In this document: piece after piece, positions 1 through 12,550 of the stretch | Layout of the letters: each line of letters opens with the position of its first letter | Position numbering within the stretch: position 1 is the first letter of the stretch | Assembly: GCA_963674945.2 (NCBI GenBank) | Contig: CAXXWQ010000004.1 | Location: forward strand, 2,752,001-2,816,000 | Length of the DNA stretch: 64,000 bases | Reading direction: 5' to 3' | From: an uncultured Desulfosarcina sp. | Lineage (GTDB): Bacteria; Desulfobacterota; Desulfobacteria; Desulfobacterales; Desulfosarcinaceae | Notes under the pieces: model-generated | Database searches by the model: none | Told to the model about the DNA's origin: nothing | What the model saw: only the letters and a program-made list of their open reading frames with translations | Made by a program: the position numbers and the translations under genes

Positions 1-241
1 TTCCCAGATGAGAAGCACAATCGATTCTGTTTTCAGCCAATAAGAGGTTCAACCGTAGAATCCTTTCGGAAAATTGGTCACCGACGATTGGCCATATCGG
101 TCATTTTGCCGCGAATCTTTAATGATCGGGCCGGAGCGCCATCGAATACTTCTTTCGGACCCTTTACACCGTCCGGTTTTTGTCTTACCCTTTGAAAATA
201 CCATATTATCCATTGATTTTGACCATGACCGGGAGGCAGCC

Positions 242-528
242 ATGAGCGGTACAATTTTTATCGAGAACGGCAAAAGGTCAAGGACGAAGACGGCCTTTAT
301 ACTGCCGAGCCCAAAAAACACCCCGATGCCGCCTTTATCCCGGAGATCGGGGCCGGGAAGCCGATGGAAAGGGATCTGGATGACCTGGTCATCGAACGAC
401 CGTTCCTGGAAATCAGCCAGAACAGCGAAGTGATCGACAAAGTGCAGATCACCAACGGGCTTGTGCCGGGTGATATCACCCGGGCGCTCAACGGTGAACG
501 CGTGGACACGTTCATCCATCGCCAGTAA
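242..528 (+). pseudogene. Internally deleted molybdenum storage protein (MosA/B-like, amino-acid kinase/UMP kinase fold)
   Basis: GGGAGG RBS and ATG at 242 give MSGTIFIENGKR. A different frame (277-528, not in the ORF track) then reads VKDEDGLYTAEPKKHPDAAFIPEI...DLDDLVIERPFLEISQNSEVIDKVQITNGLVPGDITRALNGERVDTFIHRQ*, which resembles the MosA/B-like C-terminus. Confidence 0.65.
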
Positions 529-561
529 ATTTCAACCATCAGAATCGAAGGTGACAGCTGG

Positions 562-1473
562 ATGGAAGAAGACCAAGATACCAAGAAGAACGCCCCTGAC
601 GAGAAAGTGCCCGTTTGTTATTCCAGTGAAGAGGCACGGACAGTGCTGGACTCCTTGTCCGCCCACATCGCCATTGTCGATGCAAACGGGGTGATCCTGG
701 ACACCAACTCGGCATGGCGCGCCTTTGCCGAGAAAAGCGGTATGCCCGAAGGATACGATTCCATCGGCGACAACTACCTGGATATCTGCGACGCGACCCG
801 GGGAGAGGAGGGTGATCATGCCCGTTCAGTAGCCGCCGGAATCCGGGATGTGATCGACGGCCGGGTCGAAGAGTTTCTTTACGATTATCCGTGCCACGGC
901 GACGACGGTCAGCACTGGTACTATATGCGTGCCATACGGATGGCGGGAAAAGGCCCCTTGCGGGTCGTGGTCAGCCATGAGGAGATTACGGCGCTCAAAA
1001 TCACCGAGGAGGCGCTCAGGAAGAGCCAGGCGCAACTGACAGACCAGAAGGTAGAACTGGAAGAGGCCAACATCGCCCTGAAAGTCCTTTTAAAACAGCG
1101 AGAGGGCGACAAGGCGGAACTGGAGCACAAGGTCATCACCAATATCAAGGAGACGGTGATGCCCTACGTGGAAAAACTCAAACGCGTCAATCTGAACCCC
1201 AAAGACAAGACAGTGGTGGAGATTATCGAATCCCACCTCAAGGATATCATTTCCCCCATGATGCAAAAGCTGGCAAACGCCAACATCATCCTTACCCCCC
1301 AGGAAATTCAGGTCGCCTCCCTGGTAAAGGACGGAAAGGCCAGCAAGGAGATCGCACAGATCCTGAACGTCTCAGAAACAACCGTTCATTTTCACCGCAA
1401 GAACCTTCGAAAGAAATTCGGCTTGAGCCACAGCCAGACCAATTTGAGAAGCTATCTGATCTCCATCTCTTAA
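562..1473 (+). CDS. PAS domain + LuxR-type HTH transcriptional regulator
   Basis: PAS segment (VLDSLSAHIAIVDANGVI), a coiled coil, and a C-terminal LuxR HTH (LTPQEIQVASLVKDGKASKEIAQILNVSETTVHFHRKNLRKK). Confidence 0.92.
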   Translation: MEEDQDTKKNAPDEKVPVCYSSEEARTVLDSLSAHIAIVDANGVILDTNSAWRAFAEKSGMPEGYDSIGDNYLDICDATRGEEGDHARSVAAGIRDVIDGRVEEFLYDYPCHGDDGQHWYYMRAIRMAGKGPLRVVVSHEEITALKITEEALRKSQAQLTDQKVELEEANIALKVLLKQREGDKAELEHKVITNIKETVMPYVEKLKRVNLNPKDKTVVEIIESHLKDIISPMMQKLANANIILTPQEIQVASLVKDGKASKEIAQILNVSETTVHFHRKNLRKKFGLSHSQTNLRSYLISIS

Positions 1474-1477
1474 GCTT

Positions 1478-1629
1478 GACGGCTTCGTAAAAAATCCGAT
1501 ATCGGCGTTACGCTTCGTCCCTCGTCACTGCGGCGAACTCTATGTACGCCTCATTCCTCGGGGCTCGCAAGCCTTGATCTCGAACTTTTTACAAAGCCGT
1601 CCGAAACCCGAATTTTGCGCGTTCATCAA
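1478..1629 (-). repeat. Family A ~124-bp palindromic interspersed repeat (MITE/REP-like), copy 1, with outer extension
   Basis: Terminal inverted repeats GACGGCTTCGTAAAAA...TTTTTACAAAGCCGTC (1478-1601). It is the reverse complement of the copies at 18570, 19560 and 42305. Confidence 0.9.
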
Positions 1630-1793
1630 ACTTCCTAACCAGCTCCGATATCTGGCTGATTCGCCATTTCTGGAAAGCCCATTGGTAGTTTTTTCCTCTC
1701 ACCAACCTGCTATGGGATTCACATGGCCGACGCATCCATGGGTGATTACTATCGTTGGACAAGGGGTGTGATTTCACATAATCGGAGGCGCTC

Positions 1794-2972
1794 ATGAAAA
1801 CTATCGACATGAACAGTGTGGCAGACATCGTTTTTCAACTCAAGTGGCATAGTGAAAATGCGACGCACAACGAGTGTTACGCCGCACGGGGCGTTAACCT
1901 TTGGCGGGATTGGCTTCCGGAAGACGTAAGAGAGGCGCTCATTGGCAAACAGGCATGGGACAAAGCATCCATCGGATTTTCACCGGGGGCTCTCTTCGGT
2001 CAGGACGGCGGTCCCGCAAAGATCGATCGCAGACGCCTGCGAGTAACGCCCAAGCCGGGTCGTTTTTATCCCAAGGGGCTGTTAAACGGATTTCCGGGTG
2101 TTTTTCCCCAGAACATGCAGCCATTTCGCTGTACAGGAATAAATAACGGCCATGTTGGCATCGACATGGCCCATCCACTCGCCCATCTTCCCCTTTCCCT
2201 CTCCATGACTGTCGGCCAGATTTCGGACAAGGAGAACGAAAGGGGCGGAAGCAGCGTCGATTGGGTCGGCATGCTCACAGATGGTCCGGGAATGCAGGCG
2301 CGTTGGCACAATCAACCCACCGATTTTTTCGACGGTGACGCCTTTTCCCGTCAAAACGAGCAGCAGGATGCCGAATTTTACGGCACACCGCGTCTGGTTC
2401 ATCATCTGGACCAGACAGCCCAGGACATGGTAGCCGATGTCTACAAGCGGTTCGTAGAAAGTGACATGAAGGTGCTGGATCTGATGAGTAGTTGGGTCTC
2501 CCACCTGCCGGAAGCGGTGAGGCCGGCCGAAGTGGTGGGACTGGGCATGAATCCCATCGAATTGGGTCACAATGAAAGGTTAACGGAAAACATAGTCCAC
2601 GACCTGAATGCAGATCCGATGCTGCCGTTTCCCGACAATGCCTTTGACGTGGCCCTGTGCAGCCTATCGGTGGAATACCTGATCCAGCCGCTGACCTTGT
2701 TCGCCGAGGTGGGTCGTGTCCTCAAGCCCGGCGCTGCCTTCGTGGTGACCTTTTCCAATCGCTGGTTCCCGCCCAAGGTGATCCGCATCTGGGAGAAGAT
2801 TCACGAATTCGAACGAATGGGCCTGGTCATGGAGTATTTCATTCGAAGCGGCATCTACGGCGACCTGGGGACCTACTCCATGCGAGGGCTTCCCCGACCG
2901 CGAGAAGACAAATACGCCGGAGAACAGATCTTCTCCGATCCGGTCTACGCCGTGTGGGGAAAAAAGAGATGA
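1794..2972 (+). CDS. Class I SAM-dependent methyltransferase with FKBP/SlyD-like N-terminal region
   Basis: C-terminal motifs VLDLMSSWVSH, LPFPDNAFD and LKPG...VTFSNRWFP. The N-terminal DMAHPLA resembles the FKBP DxNHPLAG motif. Confidence 0.8.
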   Translation: MKTIDMNSVADIVFQLKWHSENATHNECYAARGVNLWRDWLPEDVREALIGKQAWDKASIGFSPGALFGQDGGPAKIDRRRLRVTPKPGRFYPKGLLNGFPGVFPQNMQPFRCTGINNGHVGIDMAHPLAHLPLSLSMTVGQISDKENERGGSSVDWVGMLTDGPGMQARWHNQPTDFFDGDAFSRQNEQQDAEFYGTPRLVHHLDQTAQDMVADVYKRFVESDMKVLDLMSSWVSHLPEAVRPAEVVGLGMNPIELGHNERLTENIVHDLNADPMLPFPDNAFDVALCSLSVEYLIQPLTLFAEVGRVLKPGAAFVVTFSNRWFPPKVIRIWEKIHEFERMGLVMEYFIRSGIYGDLGTYSMRGLPRPREDKYAGEQIFSDPVYAVWGKKR

Positions 2973-3017
2973 CGGGGTAGATAAACCATTCGACACGTTA
3001 TTTAAGCTGAATCAAAG

Positions 3018-3060
3018 ATGATGAACCCCTAAAAAGTCGCTGTTCGGACGGATTCGTCAA
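3018..3060 (+). repeat. Family A repeat, isolated end
   Basis: ATGATGAACCCCTAAAAAGTCGCTGTTCGGACGGATTCGTCAA matches the extended end of copy 4 (42276-42320). Confidence 0.7.
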
Positions 3061-3090
3061 AGATAAAACCAAAGACATCCATACCTGGAG

Positions 3091-3483
3091 GTGAAGATGA
3101 ATGTAAGAACCTATTTTGAAGAGGCCAAAGGATTCGGTGTACTATCGACGGCCGACGGCAATGGCCTGGTAAACGCCGCTGTCTATGCCCGTCCCCGCGT
3201 CATGGATGACGGGAAACTTGCCTTTATCATGCGGGACCGCTTGTCACACCACAATCTGCAATCCAATCCACACGCGGCGTTCCTGTTTCGGGAGGAGGGG
3301 CCGGGATACAAAGGACTTCGGTTGCATCTGACCAAGACGCACGAGGAAACCGATACTCCGCTGGTAAAAGAGTTGTGCAGACGATGCCCCGACGAGGACA
3401 AACCGGATGCCGTTCGGCATCTGGTAGTATTTGCCGTCGACAAACAATTGCCCCTTATCGGCGCCGAAGAAACGAGTGACTAA
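3091..3483 (+). CDS. Pyridoxamine 5'-phosphate oxidase family FMN-binding protein
   Basis: GVLSTADGNGLVNAAVYARP...NLQSNPHAAFLF split-barrel pattern; GGAGG RBS. Confidence 0.85.
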   Translation: MKMNVRTYFEEAKGFGVLSTADGNGLVNAAVYARPRVMDDGKLAFIMRDRLSHHNLQSNPHAAFLFREEGPGYKGLRLHLTKTHEETDTPLVKELCRRCPDEDKPDAVRHLVVFAVDKQLPLIGAEETSD

Positions 3484-3526
3484 ATTGCATTTGAAAATGT
3501 GCGCCCGCAAATGATATGGTGCAAAA

Positions 3527-4477
3527 ATGGATGCCCGTATTAAAATCGGTGTCAGCACCTGTCTGTTGGGAGAAAAGGTTCGCTACGATGGCGGCCATAA
3601 GCACGACCGCTATATTACCCAGACGCTGGGCCAATATTTCACCTTCGTGCCGGTATGCCCGGAAAGCGAGTGTGGCCTCGGCATCCCCAGGGAGCCCATG
3701 CGGCTGGTGGGAGATGTCGATCACCCCCGGCTGGTCACCAACAAAACCGGCATCGATCTGACCGACCGAATGCTGTCCTGGATACCCGGTCGCCTTGCGT
3801 CCCTGGAAAAAGAAGAGCTGTGTGGTTTTATCTTCAAAAAAGGATCTCCCAGCAGCGGCCTGCACCGGGTCAAGGTTTACAACGAGAAGGGGCATCCCGT
3901 CATGAGCGGCCAAGGGCTATTCGCCGCTGCATTCACCCGAAGGTTCCCCCGCATTCCCGTCGAAGAGGAGGGGCGGCTCCACGATCCTACACTGCGGGAG
4001 AATTTCATCGAGCAGATATTCGCCCTTACGCGTTGGCGCCAGACCATCGCCAGGAAAAAATCCACGGGAAACCTGGTGGCATTCCACACGCGGGAAAAAC
4101 TGCTCCTCATGGCCCACAGCCCCCAGCACTACCGAAAAATGGGCCATCTGGTGGCGCAGGGAAAAGCAATGGGGGCAGGCGCCCTTTATGATGAATACGA
4201 AAAATCCCTATTCTCTGCGCTGAACCTGAAGGCGACTGTTTCCAAGCACGGTAATGTGCTCATGCACATTTTGGGATACTTTAAGAAACAACTTGCCGGT
4301 GACGAAAAAAAGGAGGTTCTTGACCTGATCCAGGAATATCGAAACGGCAACCTCCCACTGATCGTTCCCGTAACGTTGATGAACCATTTCGTCCGAAAAT
4401 ACCACCAGCCCTATCTTTCGGAACAGACCTATTTGAATCCCCACCCGATTGACTTGCGGCTGCGCAATCACGTCTGA
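3527..4477 (+). CDS. DUF523 + DUF1722 (YbbK/YbgA) fusion protein
   Basis: IGVSTCLLGEKVRYDGGHK, VCPE, GFIFKKGSPSSG, EEEGRL, and C-terminal HILGYFKK...LRNHV. Confidence 0.92.
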   Translation: MDARIKIGVSTCLLGEKVRYDGGHKHDRYITQTLGQYFTFVPVCPESECGLGIPREPMRLVGDVDHPRLVTNKTGIDLTDRMLSWIPGRLASLEKEELCGFIFKKGSPSSGLHRVKVYNEKGHPVMSGQGLFAAAFTRRFPRIPVEEEGRLHDPTLRENFIEQIFALTRWRQTIARKKSTGNLVAFHTREKLLLMAHSPQHYRKMGHLVAQGKAMGAGALYDEYEKSLFSALNLKATVSKHGNVLMHILGYFKKQLAGDEKKEVLDLIQEYRNGNLPLIVPVTLMNHFVRKYHQPYLSEQTYLNPHPIDLRLRNHV

Positions 4478-4675
4478 TGGCGTTCAATTAGCCCGTCAAA
4501 GGTACCTTCCGGCCATTGTCATCGAAACGCGCTGTTTTCTTTTTGTTGAAAAGGGAACGGTGGAGAACTATTGTAAGAAAAGAATCTGTGACGAGTGATT
4601 GCAAAGAAAAATTTCGCCATGATTCATGCTGTAAGCAAACATGACAAAATTCACCCCGACGGAAAGGAGATTGCA

Positions 4676-4876
4676 ATGACGGAAAAAAAATTCAAGCAAG
4701 TGTGCAAGTGCGAAAAATGCGGAAACGAAGCCGAAATGGTCATCACCTGTTCCCTGGAAGAGGAGAAGATGGAAACCGCCGAACCAAAGGTCGTGCCCAG
4801 AGGCCAGGGAACAACCGAAGCACATGCCGTTTGCAGCCACTGCGGCGGAGAGGCGGACATCTGGCTGGATGTCTGA
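4676..4876 (+). CDS. Small zinc-ribbon-like protein (two CxxCG motifs)
   Basis: AAGGAG RBS before ATG 4676; CEKCGNEAEM and CSHCGGEADI form an internal repeat. Confidence 0.75.
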   Translation: MTEKKFKQVCKCEKCGNEAEMVITCSLEEEKMETAEPKVVPRGQGTTEAHAVCSHCGGEADIWLDV

Positions 4877-4923
4877 TGCGAAGGAAGGCACACCATTGTA
4901 AAGACGGAAAAAGGTGTTAGCGC

Positions 4924-5625
4924 ATGAAAACGATCGGACTGCTTGGTGGAATGAGCTGGGAAAGCACCCAGACGTACTACCGGGCCATCAACGAAACGGT
5001 GAAAAGACGCCTCGGTGGCCTTCACTCGGCCGAGATCGTTTTGTACAGCGTCGACTTCGATCCCATCGAAAAGCTGCAGCAGGCGGGTGACTGGACAAAG
5101 GCCGGTAATGTGCTGTGCCGCGTGGCCCAGCGGATCGAGGCCGCCGGCGCCGATTTCCTCATGATCTGCACGAACACCATGCACAAGGTCGCCGACCAGG
5201 TGGCCGCGGCGATAAAGATCCCCCTGCTGCACATCGCCGATGCCACCGGAGAGGCGATAGAAAAGGCCGGCATTCGGCGCGTGGGCCTTCTCGGCACGGC
5301 CTTCACCATGGAGCAGGACTTTTATAAAGGCAGGTTAAAGGAAAAGTATGGGCTGGAGGTGGTGGTTCCCGACGAGAGCGACCGCCGGAAGGTTCACGAC
5401 ATAATTTTCCGGGAACTGTGCCTGGGTGATATCAGACCGCAATCCAAACAGGTGTATATCGACATCATCGACCGCCTGGCCCAAAAAGATGCGGAGGCCG
5501 TGATCCTGGGATGCACGGAAATCGGGCTGCTGATCAAGCAGGCCGAAACCCCGGTTCCCCTTTATGACACGACGTCCATCCATGCGGAAAAGGCTGTGGA
5601 GGTGGCACTTTCCGCGGCCCGATAA
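4924..5625 (+). CDS. Aspartate/glutamate racemase family protein (YgeA/RacX-like)
   Basis: MKTIGLLGGMSWEST; catalytic motifs CTNTMH and GCTEI. Confidence 0.95.
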   Translation: MKTIGLLGGMSWESTQTYYRAINETVKRRLGGLHSAEIVLYSVDFDPIEKLQQAGDWTKAGNVLCRVAQRIEAAGADFLMICTNTMHKVADQVAAAIKIPLLHIADATGEAIEKAGIRRVGLLGTAFTMEQDFYKGRLKEKYGLEVVVPDESDRRKVHDIIFRELCLGDIRPQSKQVYIDIIDRLAQKDAEAVILGCTEIGLLIKQAETPVPLYDTTSIHAEKAVEVALSAAR

Positions 5626-5778
5626 AGTTTTTCCCGCCGACTCGTTTCTGTGAAGATGTGAAATGGGCCGTGTATATTTACATCCTGCGAATCCGTTTTG
5701 CGATCACCCACGTTCACCCATTTCGGGTCTGATGCGTTCGACGCTTTGCCGCAACAGTGACATGGGAGGGTTTTTGCC

Positions 5779-6807
5779 ATGAATTACAGACAATTAGGAA
5801 GAACAGGCCTGCTGGTCTCGGAGTTGTGTTTCGGGACCATGACATTCGGCGGGAAGGGTTTTTGGAAGGCGATCGGGCGGCAGCCCCAGGAGCTGGCGAA
5901 CGATCTGGTCGCACAGGCCCTCGATGCGGGTGTCAACTTCATCGATACGGCCAATGTTTACTCCGAGGGAATGAGTGAAGAGATTCTGGGAAAATCCTTG
6001 GGAAAACGCCGCAAGGATGTGGTGCTTGCGACGAAGGTGCACGGCCGCATGGGACCGGGGCCCAACGACATGGGATTGTCCCGCAACCATATCATGCAAT
6101 CGGTGGAAGAGAGTCTGACCCGATTGCATACCGATTTCATCGACCTGTACCAGATTCACGGATTCGATCCAATTACGCCCATCGAAGAGACACTCCGGGC
6201 CCTGGATGACCTGGTGCGCTCGGGAAAGGTGCGATATATCGGTTGCTCCAACCTGGCCGCCTGGCAGCTGATGAAGGCATTGTGGATTTCCGACAAATAC
6301 AACCTTCACCGCTTCGAAAGCCTGCAGGCCTATTACACCATCGCCGGCCGCGATCTGGAGCGGGAGATCGTACCCATTTTGCAGGACCAGAACCTGGGCC
6401 TGATGGTGTGGAGCCCCCTGGCCGGGGGACTGCTGTCCGGCAAGTACGAACGGAATGGCAGCGGCCCGGCAGGCGCCCGGCGCGTCGATTTCGACTTTCC
6501 GCCGGTGAACAAGGAACGTGCCTTTGACGTGGTGGATGCGATGCGGGAAATGGCCCGGGACAAAGATGCCACCGTGGCGCAGATCGCCTTGCGCTGGCTG
6601 TTGCACCAACCGGCTGTCACCAGTGTGATCGTTGGGGCCAAGACCCCGCAGCAACTGGCTGAAAACCTCGCCGCACCGGATGTTACCCTGACCGACGATG
6701 AACTGACGCGACTCAATACGGTGAGCACGCTTCCGGCGGAGTATCCCGGCTGGATGATCCGGACGCAGTCCCAAAATCGTTTTCCGAAAGAATCGACGGA
6801 CGAATAA
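5779..6807 (+). CDS. Aldo/keto reductase
   Basis: LGRTGLLVSELCFGTMTFG, DTANVY, DLYQIH, GKVRYIGCSN, WSPLAGG. Confidence 0.95.
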   Translation: MNYRQLGRTGLLVSELCFGTMTFGGKGFWKAIGRQPQELANDLVAQALDAGVNFIDTANVYSEGMSEEILGKSLGKRRKDVVLATKVHGRMGPGPNDMGLSRNHIMQSVEESLTRLHTDFIDLYQIHGFDPITPIEETLRALDDLVRSGKVRYIGCSNLAAWQLMKALWISDKYNLHRFESLQAYYTIAGRDLEREIVPILQDQNLGLMVWSPLAGGLLSGKYERNGSGPAGARRVDFDFPPVNKERAFDVVDAMREMARDKDATVAQIALRWLLHQPAVTSVIVGAKTPQQLAENLAAPDVTLTDDELTRLNTVSTLPAEYPGWMIRTQSQNRFPKESTDE

Positions 6808-6929
6808 TCGATTCAGCGACGGCCTTCATTGCGCGGATCGAAATCCTGAAGCCCGAACCTTCCCCACAAATTCATACACCACGGGTTTCCAAATTAAAGC
6901 ACTCACCTCGAACTGCCAATAAGTATCCC

Positions 6930-7715
6930 ATGGAAACCCATCGCCCCCTTCTGTACCGTGCCTGGAAACGGCTGATCATCGCATACCTGCTTTCCTTTGC
7001 CGTGAGCCTCATGATCGGAGCCCTGCTGGTGAAGATGGGGGGCGCCGAACCACAGGCTCTCTTCGAGGCCTCCACCAAGCGGCTCTCCTATGCCATGCCC
7101 GTCTTGGAAAAAGGGACGCGACTCGGTTTGGATCTGGGCGTTTTGCTGTTTGCCTGGAACACGGCCGGCGCCCTTGCCACCCTCTCCTTCATCTATACGG
7201 CCACCCTGTTCAACCCTTACCACAAGGACCTGGCCCCCCGGAAGGTAAGGCGGATATTCTGCGGGACGACACGGATGAAGCTCTTCAACTTTCTGCCCGA
7301 TTGCAGGAAAATCCAAGACGAGTCCTTGCGAAGGTTGTATGTCTGGGTAATGGTTCCATTGCTCGGCATGATTCTGCTGGGCGCTGAAAGCGGGCTGACC
7401 GCTGCCACCACCACGCATCTCTTCGGATCGTTTTGGGTGGCCCTCGTTGCCTTTTTGCCCCATGGCATCATCGAAATTCCCGCCATCTCACTTGCCGGCG
7501 CCGTCGCTTACTCTGCCCATTTACTGATCGCAAGGCCGGCCCGGAGCAATCGGATTGGCCCGGTGTTTCAAACGATCGTTGCTCACCGCAATGCCATGCC
7601 CATGAAAACCATCGTCATGTCGGTGGTCGCATGCTTGCTGGTGGCCGGATGGGTGGAAGCCCATGTCACCCGGCAAATCGTGGAAAATCTCATAGGATCC
7701 GGAATGGGAAGTTAG
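6930..7715 (+). CDS. SpoIIM-family integral membrane protein
   Basis: Multiple TM segments; LPHGIIEIPA and AGWVEAHVT motifs. Confidence 0.8.
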   Translation: METHRPLLYRAWKRLIIAYLLSFAVSLMIGALLVKMGGAEPQALFEASTKRLSYAMPVLEKGTRLGLDLGVLLFAWNTAGALATLSFIYTATLFNPYHKDLAPRKVRRIFCGTTRMKLFNFLPDCRKIQDESLRRLYVWVMVPLLGMILLGAESGLTAATTTHLFGSFWVALVAFLPHGIIEIPAISLAGAVAYSAHLLIARPARSNRIGPVFQTIVAHRNAMPMKTIVMSVVACLLVAGWVEAHVTRQIVENLIGSGMGS

Positions 7716-7764
7716 CGGCCTTGCCGATCGTCCCCCTTTCCGGCCAAATCGGATCTGCTTGATG

Positions 7765-8109
7765 TCATTGATTGTATTTCTCAATCACTTTTTCGGTGTC
7801 GGGCCGAATAAACAACGCACCGTTCACATCTACAACGGGTATGCTGTAACGTCTCGTTTCCAGACCGGCCGCTGACATCCGCCGATGCAATTCGTCATTG
7901 GATTCTTCCTTTTCGAGATCCTTAAAAAGGAACGGAATTTCTTTCTCCCTAAGTTCCCGTTTCATCTTTTGGCATAAGCCGCAGGCTGTTTTCCCGTAAA
8001 CGATTACGTAGGGTTCTTCGTACAACGGTTCAATCCCCGGTCTTACAACATCTTTCATTACAAAATAGCCGGCAATAACGATCACGCAAATGAGCAGTAA
8101 TTTTTTCAA
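7765..8109 (-). CDS. Membrane-anchored glutaredoxin-like protein
   Basis: N-terminal hydrophobic helix, VYGKTACGLC (CxxC), SIPVVDVNG. Confidence 0.8.
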   Translation of the reverse strand: MKKLLLICVIVIAGYFVMKDVVRPGIEPLYEEPYVIVYGKTACGLCQKMKRELREKEIPFLFKDLEKEESNDELHRRMSAAGLETRRYSIPVVDVNGALFIRPDTEKVIEKYNQ

Positions 8110-8265
8110 ACGTTTCCCCCGTTTCTACAGGTTCGGTTATTCCACCCTATTTTCTGCAAAAGAGAAATTGAACAGTCTTGAAGAAATAGACACGGGGATG
8201 ATGGGGTCAGGTCCCCATGTTCAGCCTGCCTCGGCTTCACCGCGGCACCTGTGCAAGTACTGTCA

Positions 8266-8886
8266 TCACTCATCATCTCCGTAGATTTCACGGTAACAGT
8301 CTGGACATAGTCCGTGGGAGAATCGGGCCTCACTGTGCTCGCTGATGTATGTCTCGATCTCTACCCAAGAGGAAGAAACTGTCGGGTCATGCCCCTCAAG
8401 GCGAATCTTCTTGCAGAAAGAGCAGGTTGGGAGGATGCCGCGCAAGGTCTTGACCTCCAGCAACGCATTCTCCAACTCGCGATTTGCTCTCACGAGTTCC
8501 TCTTCTGCCTTCTTGATCTCTGAGACATCCTGAATGAGACCATATGACACGACGGGGTCGACACCAGCATATCTGACAAAGGAGTCCACCTTCAAGTGCC
8601 GCGACGCGCCATTCACCACCACACGATAGATTACGTTGATATGCTCTTTCTGGCTGTCTACCCCGCGAGAGATACTGGCAGCAATTCCGCTCCTGTCATC
8701 AGGATGCACAATAGCAAGCCACTCCTCCATGGATAACGACGGCCTGGTAATGCCAAGCAATTGCTGCGCACGCTGGTCAAAATCCACACTATCATTTGAG
8801 AACTGGTGCAACCACGTGCCGCAATTGGTTCCCTCTAACGTGGCTGACAGTCTCTCCTCGGTGCTGCCAAAATCTTGATAGTCCAC
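8266..8886 (-). CDS. PAS-domain protein with C-terminal Cys-rich (CxxCKKIR...SHGLCPDC) domain
   Basis: AGGAGG RBS before the GTG at 8886, so the longer track start is unlikely. Contains PAS_3 (VHPDDR) and LRGILPTCSFCKKIR...SHGLCPDC. Confidence 0.8.
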   Translation of the reverse strand: MDYQDFGSTEERLSATLEGTNCGTWLHQFSNDSVDFDQRAQQLLGITRPSLSMEEWLAIVHPDDRSGIAASISRGVDSQKEHINVIYRVVVNGASRHLKVDSFVRYAGVDPVVSYGLIQDVSEIKKAEEELVRANRELENALLEVKTLRGILPTCSFCKKIRLEGHDPTVSSSWVEIETYISEHSEARFSHGLCPDCYREIYGDDE

Positions 8887-8902
8887 AGCACGTACCTCCT
8901 GT

Positions 8903-8967
8903 GCCGAACGAATGCTTGCGTTGAGACGCGCGCGTCTTTTTGCGCGTCTCAACGCAAGCGGTTGCTG
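8903..8967 (-). other. attC-like hairpin (degenerate integron cassette recombination site)
   Basis: Perfect 18-bp stem GCTTGCGTTGAGACGCGC/GCGCGTCTCAACGCAAGC, flanked by AAC and GTT boxes. On the minus strand GTTCGGC is followed directly by the RBS of the PAS gene. Confidence 0.45.
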
Positions 8968-9394
8968 CAAATTCGTTATTGCGAAATTTTTCGCCCAGAG
9001 ATCGCGGAACGCCGGTAACCACTGTCCGTTCTTTGCAGGGACGGAATATTCGTGAAGCATCCAACACAAATCTCATCCCATCTTGGTCTCCGCAACTCCA
9101 TTTAAGAAAATTTCGGCGCTTCTAATTGACACTATAGTCAAAGCTCCTAAAAAAAGAAAGTAGTTTTCACATAAAGAACGAGCCAAGATTATTTGACCAG
9201 GAAAGACAGGAAATTCGTTTGCGGCACTATTTCAACGAACAGAACAAGCATATGTATCCTGGATCAGACGATACACCCTGTTTCATCACAAGCACCATTC
9301 CAAAGAGATGGAAAAAATTGAACAAGATTGTCGTTCGCAGGGGGGAATCGTGGGTGATGAAATTATGCGTTTTTGCCTAGGGGATAGAAATGAG

Positions 9395-9496
9395 CTATGC
9401 TTCCAATGGACGCCTCTGCGGTAATGCCTGCATATCGCGACGGCCATCGGCAATTCCCATAATATAAACATTTTCGGCCATGATCCGGAAGATGAT
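9395..9496 (-). pseudogene. C-terminal remnant of a RelE/ParE-family toxin
   Basis: IIFRIMAENVYIMGIADGRRDMQAL resembles the RelE/ParE C-terminus; no recognisable N-terminus. Confidence 0.55.
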
Positions 9497-9564
9497 GATG
9501 CAAACGCCCACATCCTCCATTGGTAGCAGAGGAAATGGGCGTTTTTCGTGACGGTTCAGAAATC

Positions 9565-9611
9565 CGCGCCCATGGATCTCAACCAAAGGTTCCTGTTTCT
9601 GGACGAACACT
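9565..9611 (-). repeat. Family B repeat, 5' fragment
   Basis: Minus-strand AGTGTTCGTCCAGAAACAGGAACCTTTGGTTGAGATCCATGGGCGC aligns with the start of the element at 31238. Confidence 0.6.
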
Positions 9612-9665
9612 ATCATGATCCGGTAACATTCAGCTGGACACGTGAGCAACGTATCCAACTGAACG

Positions 9666-12251
<2,586 letters not shown>

Positions 12252-12550
12252 GTCCTCCTTTACTTAACAATGGTCGCAAACACCATGTTGGTCTGTATTT
12301 TGCAGAAACAAATATAAACACCGGAAAGGGTATGTCAAATGAAGGCAACGTATCGATATAAATCTTAATTTTCCAAATTCAAGCCCTGTTCCAACTTTAT
12401 GAAAACGAAGATGGCTCCTATTTTCTTGACGCAAAAGACCGGTTGTGCAAAAAATCTTCTTTGGCCGCAATGACGATATGACGGACAAATCACGTTGGCA
12501 CGGTCACGGAAAGGTCGCGTAAACAATCAATTGCATGGGATGGATGAGAA

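Noticed and set aside
74..433. 119-aa ORF as a real gene
   Set aside because: Only MSGTIFIENGKR appears genuine; the rest is off-frame to the Mos-like remnant.
6930..7715. SpoIIM as evidence of sporulation
   Set aside because: The family is widespread in non-sporulating bacteria, and there are no other spo genes here.
12355..12385. Heat-shock promoter or CIRCE upstream of clpB
   Set aside because: CTTGAA is present on the minus strand, but the -10 match is poor and no CIRCE inverted repeat was seen.
12496..12510. TTGGCACG as a sigma54 promoter
   Set aside because: No TTGC/TTGA at the required -12 spacing.
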